Below are positions 63,236 to 64,000 of a DNA stretch of 64,000 nt, one piece after another (within the stretch, counting starts at the first letter, position 1; each line of letters begins with the position of its first letter). Origin of the DNA: Gnetum montanum (lineage: Eukaryota > Plantae > Gnetophyta); NCBI GenBank assembly GCA_015680685.1, contig MNCI01002192.1, positions 127,237-191,236 of the forward strand. The letters are read 5' to 3'. The position numbers and the translations under genes are program-made. A model generated the notes under the pieces. It was not told the origin of the DNA. It saw only the letters and a list, made by a program, of their open reading frames with translations, and ran no database searches.

Positions 63236-64000
63236 GTATCCCTTGACTTAGCATTTATCTCATTGTAGCAGGTTGAGCAAGAATGGCAATGCATCATGAT
63301 CTTTCTTCACCTATAGCCTTAACAGGTCCACATGGTGAGCTTGCAAGATAATTGAACCTAGAATCTATAGACTGGGGATCATCCACAAATAGCATTGTAG
63401 CATCCTTATAAACATCTCTAGATTGGCCCGAATATTTGGTCCAAGCCTTAGATTTAGAGGTTGGGGATGTAACCAAGGATTCTCTCATTGAGATGCCTGT
63501 GAAAACATCCATGGGAAAATAAAAATGTTAAAAATTAGCTTCCTCCTAGATTCACAAACACATAAAGATGTGTCCAAGATACTGCAGGACAACATTGAGG
63601 TCTTCGTGTGGTCATACAACAACATGCACTAGCCATACAAGATGAAAGAAGTTAAGCAAAGGGCTCGCAAGGTTAAACCAGAGATTGCACTCGCCATATG
63701 GGATGAAATCACCAAGCTGTATTAGGTTGGTTTCATTTGGGCAATTGATTACTTAGAGTGAGTGTCAAACATCGTTATGATTTCTAGGAAAATGGGAGGA
63801 ATACGAATCCGTATAGACTTCAGGGATCTGAACAAAGCCACGATTAAGGATGACTTTCCACTACTGATTATTGATCAACTCATCGACACTACAACCGGTC
63901 ACACTTTGTTATCTTTCATGGATGGTTTCTCTGGCTATAATCAAATTCGCATCAACCCAGAGCATCAGTTAACAACAACTTTCATGATTTCATGGGGTAC
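63236..64000 (+). pseudogene. RT N-terminal half of copy D
   Basis: IEVFVWSY, VKQRAR, IDFRDLNKATIKDDFPL, LLSFMDGFSGYNQIRI. Confidence 0.92.

Larger units (their letters stand above)
54460..64000 (+). mobile_element. Tat-family copy D (5' LTR missing; runs off window): leader-gag-PR-[spacer with antisense gene]-RT
   Basis: Leader is similar to E1 22540-22740 (TTGGAATCCC block). gag and PR are colinear with E1 and C. RT from ~63270. Confidence 0.9.

Overview
This is repeat-dominated plant nuclear DNA with no host gene. Strong CG/CHG decay suggests a large, heavily methylated genome; the taxon cannot be assigned. The window is a stack of nested, mostly degenerate LTR retrotransposons. (i) Ty1/copia remnants and LTRs lie at 0.6-4 kb, 31.5-32.7 kb and 47.2-48.3 kb. 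(ii) A complete ~17.9-kb Tat/Ogre-type gypsy element lies on the minus strand (6597-24506; TSD ATGAG, tRNA-Asn PBS, RT-RH-aRH-INT). (iii) Two members of one chromovirus (Tekay-like) family are nested in opposite orientation (32668-~47180). (iv) Two more Tat-family copies and a solo LTR fill 49-64 kb. Most notable: both Tat copies carry a ~5-kb spacer between protease and RT that holds an ANTISENSE, multi-exon gene. It has a PMD (plant mobile domain)-like segment and at least four intron positions shared by the two diverged copies, and one copy keeps its own TATA box. Tandem motif arrays flank it, and its introns carry the same short motif that is amplified in the LTRs. Independently, the chromovirus family has a 5S rRNA-derived Pol III promoter (box A/IE/box C) in its leader upstream of gag in both copies. 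One copy also has another antisense, intron-containing PMD-like gene. All coding regions are pseudogenised, and boundaries without a TSD are approximate.
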